Shown here one piece after another: positions 51,689 through 63,477 of a stretch of DNA of 64,000 bases. Under the pieces are notes generated by a model. The model was not told the origin of the DNA and ran no database searches. It worked only from the letters and a program-made list of their open reading frames with translations. The position numbers were made by a program, and so were the translations under genes. Each line of letters starts with the position of its first letter. The stretch's first letter is position 1. The DNA comes from Nitrospirota bacterium. GTDB taxonomy: Bacteria > Nitrospirota > UBA9217. The stretch lies in contig CAWFSF010000006.1 of the NCBI GenBank assembly GCA_963818475.1, forward strand, positions 1,824,001-1,888,000. Reading direction: 5' to 3'.

Positions 51689-52591
51689 CTAAACGTTGAT
51701 TTTCACTATCCGCATCTTATTCAAGTCCATCTGTCCCAATCCAAGCTTGTGGCCTAAAGTCACATAGCCCAGATCGCTCCCCTTCATGCCGAAGAGCGTG
51801 GCGCCATAGGAGTCAATGGCCACCGGATCGATGCCTGCGACCACGGTATCGAGCTTTTTGACGTCTTCCAGGCTTCCGCCCTGCGGCCCGTTCGCCGTAA
51901 TGATGCGCACCGCGTCGAGGATCGTGAGCGTGGGTTTGATCTTCATCGAAAGGTCCACGAGGCTCTCATCCAGTTTCTGATGGATCTGGCGCCGCGAACC
52001 GCCCATGACGCCCATCCAGTTCTTCATGGACAGCGTAAGCTTCGCAAGCCCGTGGTGTTTCGCGATCGGAATGTTGATCACCTTGTCGGCTTCAAAGATA
52101 TCGGTGTACAGCGGCCAGGACTTGAGCGCCCGGCCATTGAGTGTCATGTCCTTGAACTTGCGGTCGTCCATATACGCCGCTTCCGCTCCCAGCGCGCTGA
52201 CCGCAGGCGCGATCCCGCTTTGCACATAACACCGCCGGGGATCGTTCACCGGCCGGTCGAAGACCTTTACTTTTTTTGCGCCTGCCTCGAAGCACAGCCT
52301 GACCACGGCAGCGACGACCTCCGGATTCGTATTGGCCGCCTGCTCCGGTGTCCGGTCCCAGCCGATGTTCGGCTTGATCACGACGATATCGCCGCGACTG
52401 ATGAACCGTTTAATGCCGCCAAGAGCGTCGACGGCAGCGGTGACGATCGTCGCCGGAGATGCGCCGTGCGCCACAACGAGGTCGGGCCGCATTGCCGACT
52501 CCGCCGCTTCGGCAAGGGATGCAAACCCTTCGGGCAGCGAAAGCCCTGCGCCGGTCAAAGCCGCAAGTTTCAGGAATTTTCTCCTCTCCAC
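51689..52591 (-). CDS. DUF362 domain protein with Tat signal
   Basis: ERRKFLK twin-arginine signal; VVIKPNIGW, TNPEVV, INIPIAKHH, TLSMKNWMG, DPVAID. Confidence 0.88.
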   Translation of the reverse strand: MERRKFLKLAALTGAGLSLPEGFASLAEAAESAMRPDLVVAHGASPATIVTAAVDALGGIKRFISRGDIVVIKPNIGWDRTPEQAANTNPEVVAAVVRLCFEAGAKKVKVFDRPVNDPRRCYVQSGIAPAVSALGAEAAYMDDRKFKDMTLNGRALKSWPLYTDIFEADKVINIPIAKHHGLAKLTLSMKNWMGVMGGSRRQIHQKLDESLVDLSMKIKPTLTILDAVRIITANGPQGGSLEDVKKLDTVVAGIDPVAIDSYGATLFGMKGSDLGYVTLGHKLGLGQMDLNKMRIVKINV

Positions 52592-52594
52592 AGG

Positions 52595-54007
52595 TCACCT
52601 CACCTTTCCCCTCGCGAGCGACGCGAAGATGCCGCCGAAGCAAAGGGCGGCGAACAGGGTAAATGCTGTTCTCAAACCGGCCAGGAATTGCGGATAATAT
52701 TCCGGAGTAATGCGCGCACTGCCGATATGGATCGCGAAAATGACCGTCGCAATGCCCATGCTCAGCATCTGGCCCGTAAGCCGCATGGTGCCGAGCGTTG
52801 CCGACCCCACGCCGTAGAAACGCCGGTCAATGGAACTCATGACCGCATTCGTGTTGGGGGACGAGAACAGGGCAAAGCCGAAGCCTATCAGCATGAGGAC
52901 GCCGACAATGAATCCGACAGGGGTCGCGGGCGAGAGGAACCTGAACAGGAACAGCCCTGCGGCGGAAAGCCCCATGCCAAGCGAAGCAACGATCCGTGGT
53001 TCAATTCTATCAGAAAGGCGGCCCGCAAGCGGCGAGAAAGCCGCCATAACAATGGGCTGCGCCACGAGGATGAAGCCGGCGTGCTGGGGGGTAAATCCTT
53101 TGATGTACTGCAGGTACAGGCTCAGCAGAAAGGTGACGGCAAAGGTAGCGCTGTAATTGATCAGCGCCGCGAGATTCGAGAACCCGAAGGTCGCGTTATG
53201 CAGGAACAGGTCCATATTGAGGAGCGGGCTGGCCGTGGACCGTTCCCAGAGGGCAAATCCTCCGATCCCGATGATCCCGGCGAGAACGAGTCCCCCACCG
53301 TGCAGCGCAGGCAGGAGTGACAGGCCGTACATGAGCGAAACAAGCGACAATCCATAGATGACGGACCCGGCAAGATCGAATCGTTCGCCGCGCGCATCGG
53401 CCCATTCCCCCTTGAGCCTCGTTGCAACGAAGTAGATCACCAGCACCCCCACCGGCACGTTCGCCAGAAAGATGCTCCGCCAGCCGAACTGCTGGGTAAG
53501 GAACCCGCCCAGAAAGGGGCCGAGCGAAAGGCCGGTATAGACCGCGGCGACATTGATCCCCAGTACCCGGCCCCGTTCCGATGCCGGGTACACCGATATC
53601 ACGATCGCCATCCCCGTGCCGAAGATCATGGCGCTGCCGAATCCCTGTACTGCCCGCAGCATGATGAGCGCGGCTGTCGACGGGGAAAAGGCCAGCAGCA
53701 AGGCGGCCAGGGTATAGATCCCGATGCCGAGGGTGAACATCTTCTTCCTGCCATGGATGTCTGCCAGCCTGCCGAAGGGCAGGAGAAACAGCGCTGTCGA
53801 CAGCAAGTAGGAGGTTGCGACCCAGCTCATGGCCACGGCGCTCATGCGGAAGTCCCGGGCGATCGCGGGAATGGCAATATTGATGGAGGAGACCATGAAG
53901 GGGGTCAGGAAGGAAGCAAGAACAGCGATCAGGAGTGCCGCTCGTTTGACAGAATCGCTCCCCATCGCAGGCGCTGCGGCTTGGCTTGAGGGCATGGTCT
54001 CCGGCAT
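52595..54007 (-). CDS. MFS transporter (DHA2-like, 14 TM)
   Basis: GRLADIHGRK, RAVQG, GPFLGG, GWRSIF. Confidence 0.92.
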   Translation of the reverse strand: MPETMPSSQAAAPAMGSDSVKRAALLIAVLASFLTPFMVSSINIAIPAIARDFRMSAVAMSWVATSYLLSTALFLLPFGRLADIHGRKKMFTLGIGIYTLAALLLAFSPSTAALIMLRAVQGFGSAMIFGTGMAIVISVYPASERGRVLGINVAAVYTGLSLGPFLGGFLTQQFGWRSIFLANVPVGVLVIYFVATRLKGEWADARGERFDLAGSVIYGLSLVSLMYGLSLLPALHGGGLVLAGIIGIGGFALWERSTASPLLNMDLFLHNATFGFSNLAALINYSATFAVTFLLSLYLQYIKGFTPQHAGFILVAQPIVMAAFSPLAGRLSDRIEPRIVASLGMGLSAAGLFLFRFLSPATPVGFIVGVLMLIGFGFALFSSPNTNAVMSSIDRRFYGVGSATLGTMRLTGQMLSMGIATVIFAIHIGSARITPEYYPQFLAGLRTAFTLFAALCFGGIFASLARGKVR

Positions 54008-54014
54008 AACAGGC

Positions 54015-54233
54015 TTACCTGAACTTCCCGATGAGGTAGAGGATAAGACTGATAATGACGCTGATGATGATGCCAGTGGCCAGCGGGAAATAAAAGGTGA
54101 AGTGCTCTTTCCTGATCACGATGTCGCCGGGAAGTTTGCCCGGAAACGGCGTCTTTTGAATGACCAGCATTACCAGACCTGCGATGATGAGAAGGACACC
54201 GAGAATGATGATGGTTTTTGCAAGATCACCCAT
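54015..54233 (-). CDS. DUF2905 family small membrane protein
   Basis: GKLPGDI...FYFPLAT; AAGGAG RBS. Confidence 0.85.
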   Translation of the reverse strand: MGDLAKTIIILGVLLIIAGLVMLVIQKTPFPGKLPGDIVIRKEHFTFYFPLATGIIISVIISLILYLIGKFR

Positions 54234-54307
54234 GGTACAACGCTCCTTGATGCCGGATCAAGGCAAGGTGAATAAATATCGTCAAGCTTGCTGAACTCGC
54301 AATAAAT

Positions 54308-54428
54308 CGTCATACCCGTCCCCGCTTCCGCGGGGATAAACTTGCCCCCGTGAAAACGGGGGGCGGGTATCAAGGGCACTAAGGAACAGTTAGAAAAACA
54401 CTGGATTCCCGTTTCCGCGGAAATGATG
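54308..54428. repeat. CGTC-type composite palindromic repeat (REP-like)
   Basis: cgtcatacccg-[ccccgcttccgcgggg]-[cccccgtgaaaacgggggg]-cgggtatc ... ctggattcccgtttccgcggaaatga. Confidence 0.7.
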
Positions 54429-54466
54429 AAAGACGATTGCTACAGGCTTTTTACGGGACCGCTGGC

Positions 54467-55309
54467 TTACTCCGCGAAAAAATCGAGCATTTTGCCGACC
54501 GTGGCGCGCATTTCCCGGCGTGAAACGATCATGTCGATCATCCCGTGCTCCTGGAGGAACTCCGCCCGCTGGAAACCGGGAGGAAGCTGCTGTTTGATCG
54601 TCTGCTCGATCACGCGCGGCCCGGCAAAACCGATAAGGCTCTTGGGCTCCGCGAGGATGATGTCGCCCAGCATGGCAAAGCTCGCGGTGACGCCGCCGAA
54701 GGTCGGGTCCGTCAGGATCGAGATGAACGGAAGGCCGGCCTGACCCAGGCGTGCAACGGCAGCCGACGTCTTTGCCATCTGCATGAGCGAGAGGATCCCC
54801 TCCTGCATGCGGGCCCCGCCCGATGAGGCTACCGAAACAAAGGGGGTCTTGTTCTCGATGGCCCGTTCCACGGTCCGCGCGATCTTCTCCCCCACGACCG
54901 ACCCCATGCTGCCGCCCATGAAATTGAAGTCCATGATCACCAGGGACACGGGCCTGCCGCCGATCTTCGCCTCGCCGGAAATGATCGCGTCCTTAAGCCC
55001 GGTCTTCTTGCGGCTTGCCTTGAGCTTGTCCTTGTAGTCCTTGAACCCGAGAAAATCCCTGGGTGACAGCCCGTCCTCGACCTCCAGGAAACTGCCCTCG
55101 TCCACGAGGTAGGGCAGCCGCTCCGAGGCAGAGATGCGGAAATGGTAGTCGCACTTGGGGCAGACCTTGAAGTTCTTGTCCACCTCCTTGCGGTAGATGA
55201 TCTCTTTGCAATTGTCGCATTTGACCCAGAGCCCCTCGGGGATCTTTACTTTTTTTGCCGGAGCTTCCGGTGCCGCGCTCTCGGATCGTTCTTTTTTAAA
55301 CCAAGCCAT
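54467..55309 (-). CDS. accD: Acetyl-CoA carboxylase carboxyltransferase beta subunit
   Basis: WVKCDNC...CPKC, GGSMGSVVGEK, SGGARMQEG, IGFAGPRVI. Confidence 0.97.
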   Translation of the reverse strand: MAWFKKERSESAAPEAPAKKVKIPEGLWVKCDNCKEIIYRKEVDKNFKVCPKCDYHFRISASERLPYLVDEGSFLEVEDGLSPRDFLGFKDYKDKLKASRKKTGLKDAIISGEAKIGGRPVSLVIMDFNFMGGSMGSVVGEKIARTVERAIENKTPFVSVASSGGARMQEGILSLMQMAKTSAAVARLGQAGLPFISILTDPTFGGVTASFAMLGDIILAEPKSLIGFAGPRVIEQTIKQQLPPGFQRAEFLQEHGMIDMIVSRREMRATVGKMLDFFAE

Positions 55310-55324
55310 ATAACTCCTTTACGA

Positions 55325-55455
55325 CAAGCACCAAATATCAAGCATCAAATCACAAATAAATCCGAATTTTCAAGAACCAAAATTCAAAACGTTTCGAACA
55401 TTCTAGTTTGGACATTGGAGCTTATTTGGTAATTGTAATTTGAACTTTGGAATTT
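55325..55455. repeat. Inverted heptamer-array element (CAAATAN type), between PDE and accD
   Basis: caagcac-caaatat-caagcat-caaatca-caaataa ... ttggtaa-ttgtaat-ttgaact-ttggaat. Confidence 0.8.
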
Positions 55456-56223
55456 CAAAAGTTGTACGTTTTCCCTTCCTGCAACACCTTCACATTCTTC
55501 CTGCCAAGCGCCCGGAGTTCGCTGATCACTTTTTTCTTGTGCACCGGTTTGATATGGTAGATGTAGATCGGCACCGTGCTCTTGACTTTGGCCTTGGTGA
55601 GGTCGGCATGGAGCTGCGCCGGGGTGAAATGGCCGCTCAAGCCGGCGATCATGTCCATACTGTTCGGGAACGATGTGTCCACGATGATCGCCTTGAGATT
55701 TTTTGCTTTCGACGCCACCTTCCAGAGATCTTCGTTGGGACCGGTATCGGCGCTGTAAATGATCGTTGACCTGGCGTCGCTCACCATGAACCCCACGGCA
55801 GGCACCGGATGAGTTCATCGGGATGGCCAGAACCTTGAGCCCTGCCACGGCGATCGGCACACCGGCAGAAAAGGGTTTGTAAGCCAGCACCGGGTTCTTC
55901 GCCGTCGGGATCTTGGTGAAATCCGGCCAGATCAGGTCGTTCATCAGGTGCTTTTTGATGGCATCGATCACCTTGGGGATCGCCCGGATATTGACCGGCT
56001 GCTTGATGCGGCCGATGATGTTGTCCGCAAGGAACAGAAGCGACTTGATATGATCAAGATGGGTATGGCTGATAAAGATGTCGGTGATCCTGCTCTGCGC
56101 CTGGATGCTCAATGCCGCGGTTATGGTGCCGGCATCCAGCATGACGACGTCGTTCACCAGAAATCCCGGTGGATTGTGCCCTATCGCTTCTGAACCGGAG
56201 CAGCCCAGTATTTTTACCTTCAT
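55455..56223 (-). CDS. Class II (metallo-beta-lactamase fold) 3',5'-cyclic nucleotide phosphodiesterase (frameshift ~55810)
   Basis: LGCSG, LDAGT, SHTHLDH, NDLIWPDFT, ADTGP, SFPN, GHFTP, YHIKP. Confidence 0.87.
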
Positions 56224-56241
56224 TCACCCTCCTTGGAACGG

Positions 56242-56372
56242 CAAATTACAAATCTCAAAATGACAAATTCCAAATAACAACCAATGACCAAATTGCAATA
56301 ACCAAACAGTTTGGAGCTTAGCATTTGGTTATTGGAATCCATTTGATTATTGGTATTTGTGTTGGTGCTTGT
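56242..56372. repeat. Inverted heptamer-array element (CAAATNN type), between cyclase and PDE
   Basis: caaatta-caaatct-...-caaattc-caaataa...caaattg-caataac ... atttggt-tattgga...tgattat-tggtatt. Confidence 0.8.
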
Positions 56373-58272
56373 TATTCTTTCAACCCCACCAGGTCATACA
56401 CGACCACCGGGAACTGTTTCCCCTTGACGGTCACGGACCCCAGTTCGTTCGCAACCACGATATCCTTCACCTTTTCATAGGTATATTCCGATATGATGAT
56501 ATGATTATTATACTGTCTTGTCAAGCCTTCCAGCCGCGCGCCGAGGTTCACATTGTCGCCGATGACCGTGTAATCCATCTTCTTGCCTGCTGCGCCCATG
56601 TTCCCGACCACCATCTCTCCGGTGTTGATCCCGATGCCGATATCGATGACATACCTGCCCTCGGCCGCCCACTTTGCCTGCAGCTTCTTCAATTTTTCGA
56701 TCATGGCAAGGGCGCATCGGCATGCACGCTCGGCATGGTCGGGCTGGCCGATGGGAGCCCCCCAGAGGACCATGATGGCGTCTCCGACGAACTTATCGAG
56801 GGTCCCCTCGTGTTCGAAGACGATGTCGGTCATGGCGCCCAGATACTCGTTCAACAGCGAGACCACTTCCTCGGGCTGATGCTTTTCGGAAAAGGACGTG
56901 AAGCCGCGGATATCGGAAAAGAGCACCGTGATCTCCTTGCGGTCGCCTCCCAGCTTGGCCTTGCTCGGGTCTCTGATGAGTTCGTCCACAATGCGCTTCG
57001 AAACGTAGCTGGAGAACATCTTCCGGATGTCCCGTGCACGCCGCTCTTCGGTGAAGAAGCGGTAGGCGGTCTGGCTGGTGTAACCGAAGAACAGCGCCGA
57101 GGCGGGATAGACCAGGTTGAACCATATCCCTTTTCCCACGAAGAGATAGTACACAACGCCGGCATAGGACGCAAAGAGCAGCGAGGAACAGGGCGGCGCC
57201 GGCCTTGGCCCCGAGCCGCGGGATCGCGATGCCGAGGATGATGGCGAACAGAAAGACCAGCGGAACGTCCATGATCGCCGTGCGGTAGATAAAATCCTCA
57301 TGCAGGATATTGTCCACGACGCTTGCATGCTTTTCGATTCCCGCCATGTTGGGAGAAAAGGGCGTGACGCGGAGGTCGTAAATGCCGATGGCCGTTGCGC
57401 CGATCAGCACGACCTTGTCCTTGAGCTTCTCTGCCGGCACCAGGCCGTCAAGGATGTCCGCAACGGAATACTGGGGGAACGTGTTGTTCGGACCCCGGTA
57501 GTTGATGAGCATGCGGCCGAACTCATCGATCGGGATACGGGTGCGGTCCGAGCTGGACCGCGCCGCTGAAGTCGAGTGCCGCCTGTTCGGGGCCCAGCTC
57601 CCGGTACAACCGCGCGGCCTGCAGCCCGATGGGCGGATAGTAGTCCCCCTGGTACTCGATGGCCAGCGACTCCCACCGGAGCGTGCCGTCTCGATCAGGG
57701 ACCATGTTGATGTGCGCAAGATTTTTCGCGAACGCAGAGAACCGCAGCAGCGGCGGCAGGACCATCCTGGCATGGAACGGGCTGAGTGGTTCTCCCGTGT
57801 TCCTGAGCACGGCGAAGGCGGACGGCGTCATGAAGTCAAGCTTTTTGTCGGTGAAGCCCGATTCCTTGTAGCCCGTTTCGGAAAAATCGAATACCACGGG
57901 CAGGACCACGCGGCCGCTCTGCATGATCGCCTGCTGGAACAGATCATCGGAGGCGACATTTTCCGACTCCGCAAAGAACACGTCGAACACGATGACCCGG
58001 GCGCCGAGTTCGGTCAGGCGGTCGACGACACGGGCCCAGACCGAGCGGGACCAGGGGAACCGGCCGAGCTTATTAATGCTCTTTTCATCGATAGCGGCGA
58101 TGACCGTCTCCGGGCCCGGTGTGATGGCGCCCCGGACATTGAACCGGAAATCGAGCGTCTTCTCCTCAAGCATATCCATGAATCCTACGTTCATGACGTG
58201 CATGATCGAAAGTACGAGCGCCACGATGAGCGCTATGGTGAGCCCCGCCTTTTTCCCTGCCGACTGCTTCAT
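56372..58272 (-). CDS. CHASE2-domain class III adenylate cyclase (frameshifts ~57540 and ~57185)
   Basis: IAAIDEKS...GRFPWSR, FDVFF, DRDGTLR, GATAIGIYD, 3 TM; LFSDIRGFT, DKFVGDA, YTVIGDNVNLGARLEG. Confidence 0.92.
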
Positions 58273-58314
58273 GTTCTCCCCCTGAGCGCGCTCCTCCCGC
58301 CCGGTGTCGAGACG

Positions 58315-58950
58315 CTAGGCCATTTCCCCGAAGATCTCCCGCATTTCGAGGTACCGGACCAGTTTGTCAACCTGCTCCTGGTTCATGATATGGACCTTGT
58401 CCTCGCTGAGGTGCACGATCCGGACGCTGGCCAGTTTCTCCAGGATCGTCCTCGCCTGGGCGGCCTCGATGCCGGCCACGCCGGCAAGGTCATCGACGGT
58501 CATGGTAAACTCCCCGCTCTTCTTGTTGTCGCGCACATGCTTCGCCAGGATGCTCACAAGCCTGCTCGTATTGTCCTTGATCATCAGGGATTCCATCTGG
58601 TCGTTGGTCTCGCGCAGCCGGTCGGCAAGCCGTTTGATGAAGCGGACCGCGATCTCGGCGTTGCCCCGGATCAACGCATCGAAGGTCTTGCGGTCGATCA
58701 TGAGCATCTCGCACTCTTCGATGGTCTCGGCCGAAGCAGAGCGGGGCTTGTCGTTCAGGATGGCCATCTCGCCGAAGAACTCGCCCTTTTCGAGCGTCGC
58801 CAGGGTCTTTTCCACGCCGCGGATCCGCTTGCTGATCTTCACCCTGCCGGACTGCAGGATGTACATTTCCTCGCCCCGGTCGCCTTCGTTGAAGAGCACC
58901 GTGCCGGGCGGGATTTTTTTGCCGAATCTGGGAACCTGGACATCGCTCAT
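58315..58950 (-). CDS. Crp/Fnr-family cyclic nucleotide-binding protein
   Basis: LFNEGD, GEFFGEMA, PRSASA; C-terminal winged-HTH-like region. Confidence 0.88.
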   Translation of the reverse strand: MSDVQVPRFGKKIPPGTVLFNEGDRGEEMYILQSGRVKISKRIRGVEKTLATLEKGEFFGEMAILNDKPRSASAETIEECEMLMIDRKTFDALIRGNAEIAVRFIKRLADRLRETNDQMESLMIKDNTSRLVSILAKHVRDNKKSGEFTMTVDDLAGVAGIEAAQARTILEKLASVRIVHLSEDKVHIMNQEQVDKLVRYLEMREIFGEMA

Positions 58951-59050
58951 ACGAACCCCCTTGGTAATTGGTCAATGGTCCCATTGACTGAATAGAACCA
59001 GTGTGTCAGCCGCTCGTTGCCGTAGCGCGGCGTCCTGCCGGCAGGTTTCG

Positions 59051-60791
<1,741 letters not shown>

Positions 60792-60802
<11 letters not shown>

Positions 60803-61605
60803 GTCCCGCCAGAACCCCTTGTTTGAGCGCCTTGACGAAGGCTGCGGACTTTTCAATAAGGTCTGCAGAGCTGCCGTTCTCTTCGATCACCTTCACCAGA
60901 GCACTGCCGACGATGACGCCGTCGGCGCCCCACTGCGCAACCTGCGCTGCCTGGTCCGGCGTTGAAATGCCGAATCCTACGGCAACAGGCTTGTCCGTCA
61001 TGGTCTTGATCCTTTGGAGCGACTCCTGGATCGACTGCTGCAAGCCGGTCCGCGCTCCCGTTACGCCGGTGAGAGAAACATAGTAAACGAATCCCTGTGA
61101 TAATTTGGTGACCAGTTTGATACGCTCGTCCGTGCTCGTCGGAGCGAGCAGGAAGATCATGTCCAATCCAGCCTTCTTCGAAAGCGCGACCAGGGTCCCC
61201 GCTTCCTCAGGAGGAAGATCGGGAAGGATGATGCCGTCCAGGCCTGCGGCCACTGCAGTCGTGGACAAAGCGCTCCTCGCCGTAATGAAAAATGAGGTTG
61301 TAGTAGGTCATGAGAATGAGCGGTATCCTGCTCTCGGTGCGTACATCCGCCACCAGGCCCAGGACATCGGCTATGCTCGTGTTGTTCCTGAGCGACCTGA
61401 TGGCCGCCTTCTGGATCGTCGGACCGTCTGCCAGAGGATCGGAAAAAGGAGCGCCGAGTTCAATGATGTCCGCGCCAGTCTTCTCCAGCGCAAGGACGAG
61501 TTTCTTCGTTGCGGACATATCCGGGTCCCCTGCCATAAGGTAGGGGATGAGCGCTGTCTCGTTCTTTTTCTTAAGCCGGTTAAAAGTATTCTTGATCCTA
61601 GACAT
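60792..61605 (-). CDS. trpA: Tryptophan synthase alpha chain (frameshift ~61260)
   Basis: ELGAPFSDPLADGPTIQ, LMTYYN, PDLPPEE, YVSLTGVTG, VGFGIS, DGVIVGSA. Confidence 0.96.
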
Positions 61606-61632
61606 AAGGTTTTTCCAGATCCTCTTAGTTTA

Positions 61633-61665
61633 TTCCGCAATCCGAAATCCGCAATCCGAAATGCG
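61633..61665. repeat. Heptamer array (CCGCAAT CCGAAAT)x2 between trpB and trpA
   Basis: Exact reverse complement of the 14-bp unit at 27296 and inside thiL. Confidence 0.82.
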
Positions 61666-61668
61666 ATG

Positions 61669-62860
61669 CTACAGTTCCACGCCCTTGATCTTCGCCACCT
61701 GCATCACGTCCTTGTCGCCGCGGCCGGAGAGGTTGCAGATGATGATCTTGTCCTTGCCGAGCGTGGGCGCCAGTTTAAGGCAATAGGCAACGGCATGGGC
61801 GCTTTCGAGGGCAGGGATGATGCCTTCCAGGCGCGACAGGAGGTCGAAGGCCTCCATGGCTTCTTCATCGATGGCATAGGTATATTCGATGCGTCCTGAA
61901 TCACGGTAGAACGCGTGCTCCGGCCCGACAGCGGCGTAATCAAGCCCCGCGGAAACAGAGTGCGTCAGTTCGATCTGGCCGTGTTCGTCCTGCAGCACGA
62001 AGGTCTTGGTGCCCTGCAGTACGCCGAGGGAACCGCCGGCGAACCGCGCCGCATGTTTGCCGCGCTCGATGCCGAGGCCGCCGGCCTCGACGCCGTACAT
62101 CTTTACCGTCAGCATCTTCAAGGAACTCGTAGAACAGGCCGATGGCGTTCGAACCGCCGCCCACGCAGGCGACCAGGGCGTCCGGCAGCCGGTTCTCAAG
62201 CTTCATGATCTGTTTCTTTGCCTCGCGCCCGATCACGGACTGGAAGTCCCGCACCATCATGGGGAAGGGGTGGGGACCGAAGGCCGTGCCGAGCACGTAA
62301 TGCGTGTTCGCAACGTTCGTGATCCAGTCGCGCATGGCCTCGTTGATGGCGTCCTTCAGCGTCTTGCTGCCGAGATCGACAGGCCGCACGATCGTTCCGA
62401 GCAGCTTCATGCGGAACACGTTCAGCGACTGGCGCGCCACGTCGTCGGTGCCCATGTACACTTCGCAATCGAGGCCGAACATGGCGGCTGCCGTGGCCGT
62501 GGCAACGCCGTGCTGTCCCGCGCCGGTCTCGGCGATCACGCGGGTCTTGCCCATGCGCTTGGCAAGCAGCACCTGGGCCAGGGAGTTGTTGATCTTGTGC
62601 GCGCCGGTGTGGCAGAGGTCTTCGCGCTTGAGATAGATCTTCGCGCCGCCAAGATGGTCGCTCAGCCGTTTGGCATAATAGAGGGGCGTGGCCCGGCCGA
62701 TGAATTCCCGGGAGTAATAATCGAGCTCGGCCTGGAACTCCTTGTCCTTCTTCGCCGCAAGGTAGGCGGCCTCCAGTTCGGCCAGCGCCGGCATCAGCGT
62801 CTCGGGAGCGAACTTCCCGCCGTAGATGCCGAAATGTCCCTTTTTATCCGGAATGCTCAT
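61669..62860 (-). CDS. trpB: Tryptophan synthase beta chain (frameshift ~62110)
   Basis: [54 protein letters not shown]. Confidence 0.97.
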
Positions 62861-63477
62861 GGCCGCGATGCCCTCCGGACCTCGGTTATGAATTTCTTGA
62901 GCTTGGCGTGGTCCTTGAGTCCCTTTTCCCGCTCAACGCCGCCGGCAACATCGACCCCATAGGGCTGGACGAGCTTCACCGCCTCGGCCACGTTCTCCGG
63001 CGTAAGCCCCCCTGCCAGGACCACCCTGCCCAGGGTCTTTGCCACGACCGCCAGGTGCCAGTCGAAGGTCGTGCCGGTGCCTCCCCGCACGCCCTCACGG
63101 TAACTGTCGAGCAGAAGTGCGCCCACATGGTAGTGCGCCATGTGCTTGAGGCTGTCCTTGTCCTTGACCTGGAACGCCTTGATCACGCGGGTCGCAAAGC
63201 GGTCGCAGAACTCCGGCCGCTCATCGCCATGGAACTGCAGGACCTTGATGCCGGTCGTGAACTGGATGTCCCTGATCTTTTCCTCGCGCTCGTTCACGAA
63301 GACGGCGACCGGCGTGATAAAAGGAGGCAGCTGGTGAATGATCTCGGCCGCCTTCTCGGGATCCACGTAGCGGGGGCTTTTCTTGTAAAAAATGAACCCC
63401 AGCGCATCCGCGCCGTCCTCGGCAGCCGCCATTGCATCATCCAGATTCGTTATTCCGCAGATCTTGATCTTGATCAT
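62857..63477 (-). CDS. trpF: Phosphoribosylanthranilate isomerase
   Basis: [37 protein letters not shown]. Confidence 0.96.
   Translation of the reverse strand: MIKIKICGITNLDDAMAAAEDGADALGFIFYKKSPRYVDPEKAAEIIHQLPPFITPVAVFVNEREEKIRDIQFTTGIKVLQFHGDERPEFCDRFATRVIKAFQVKDKDSLKHMAHYHVGALLLDSYREGVRGGTGTTFDWHLAVVAKTLGRVVLAGGLTPENVAEAVKLVQPYGVDVAGGVEREKGLKDHAKLKKFITEVRRASRP

Noticed and set aside
54170-54379. 69-aa ORF MPLIPAPRFHGGKFIPAEAG...
   Set aside because: Translation of the CGTC palindromic repeat, overlapping the DUF2905 gene; not a credible CDS.
58961-58990. Short ttggtaa-ttggtca-atggtcc array (also 31783-31800 and 22205-22235)
   Set aside because: Too short or degenerate to list as features; counted only as possible remnants of the repeat family.
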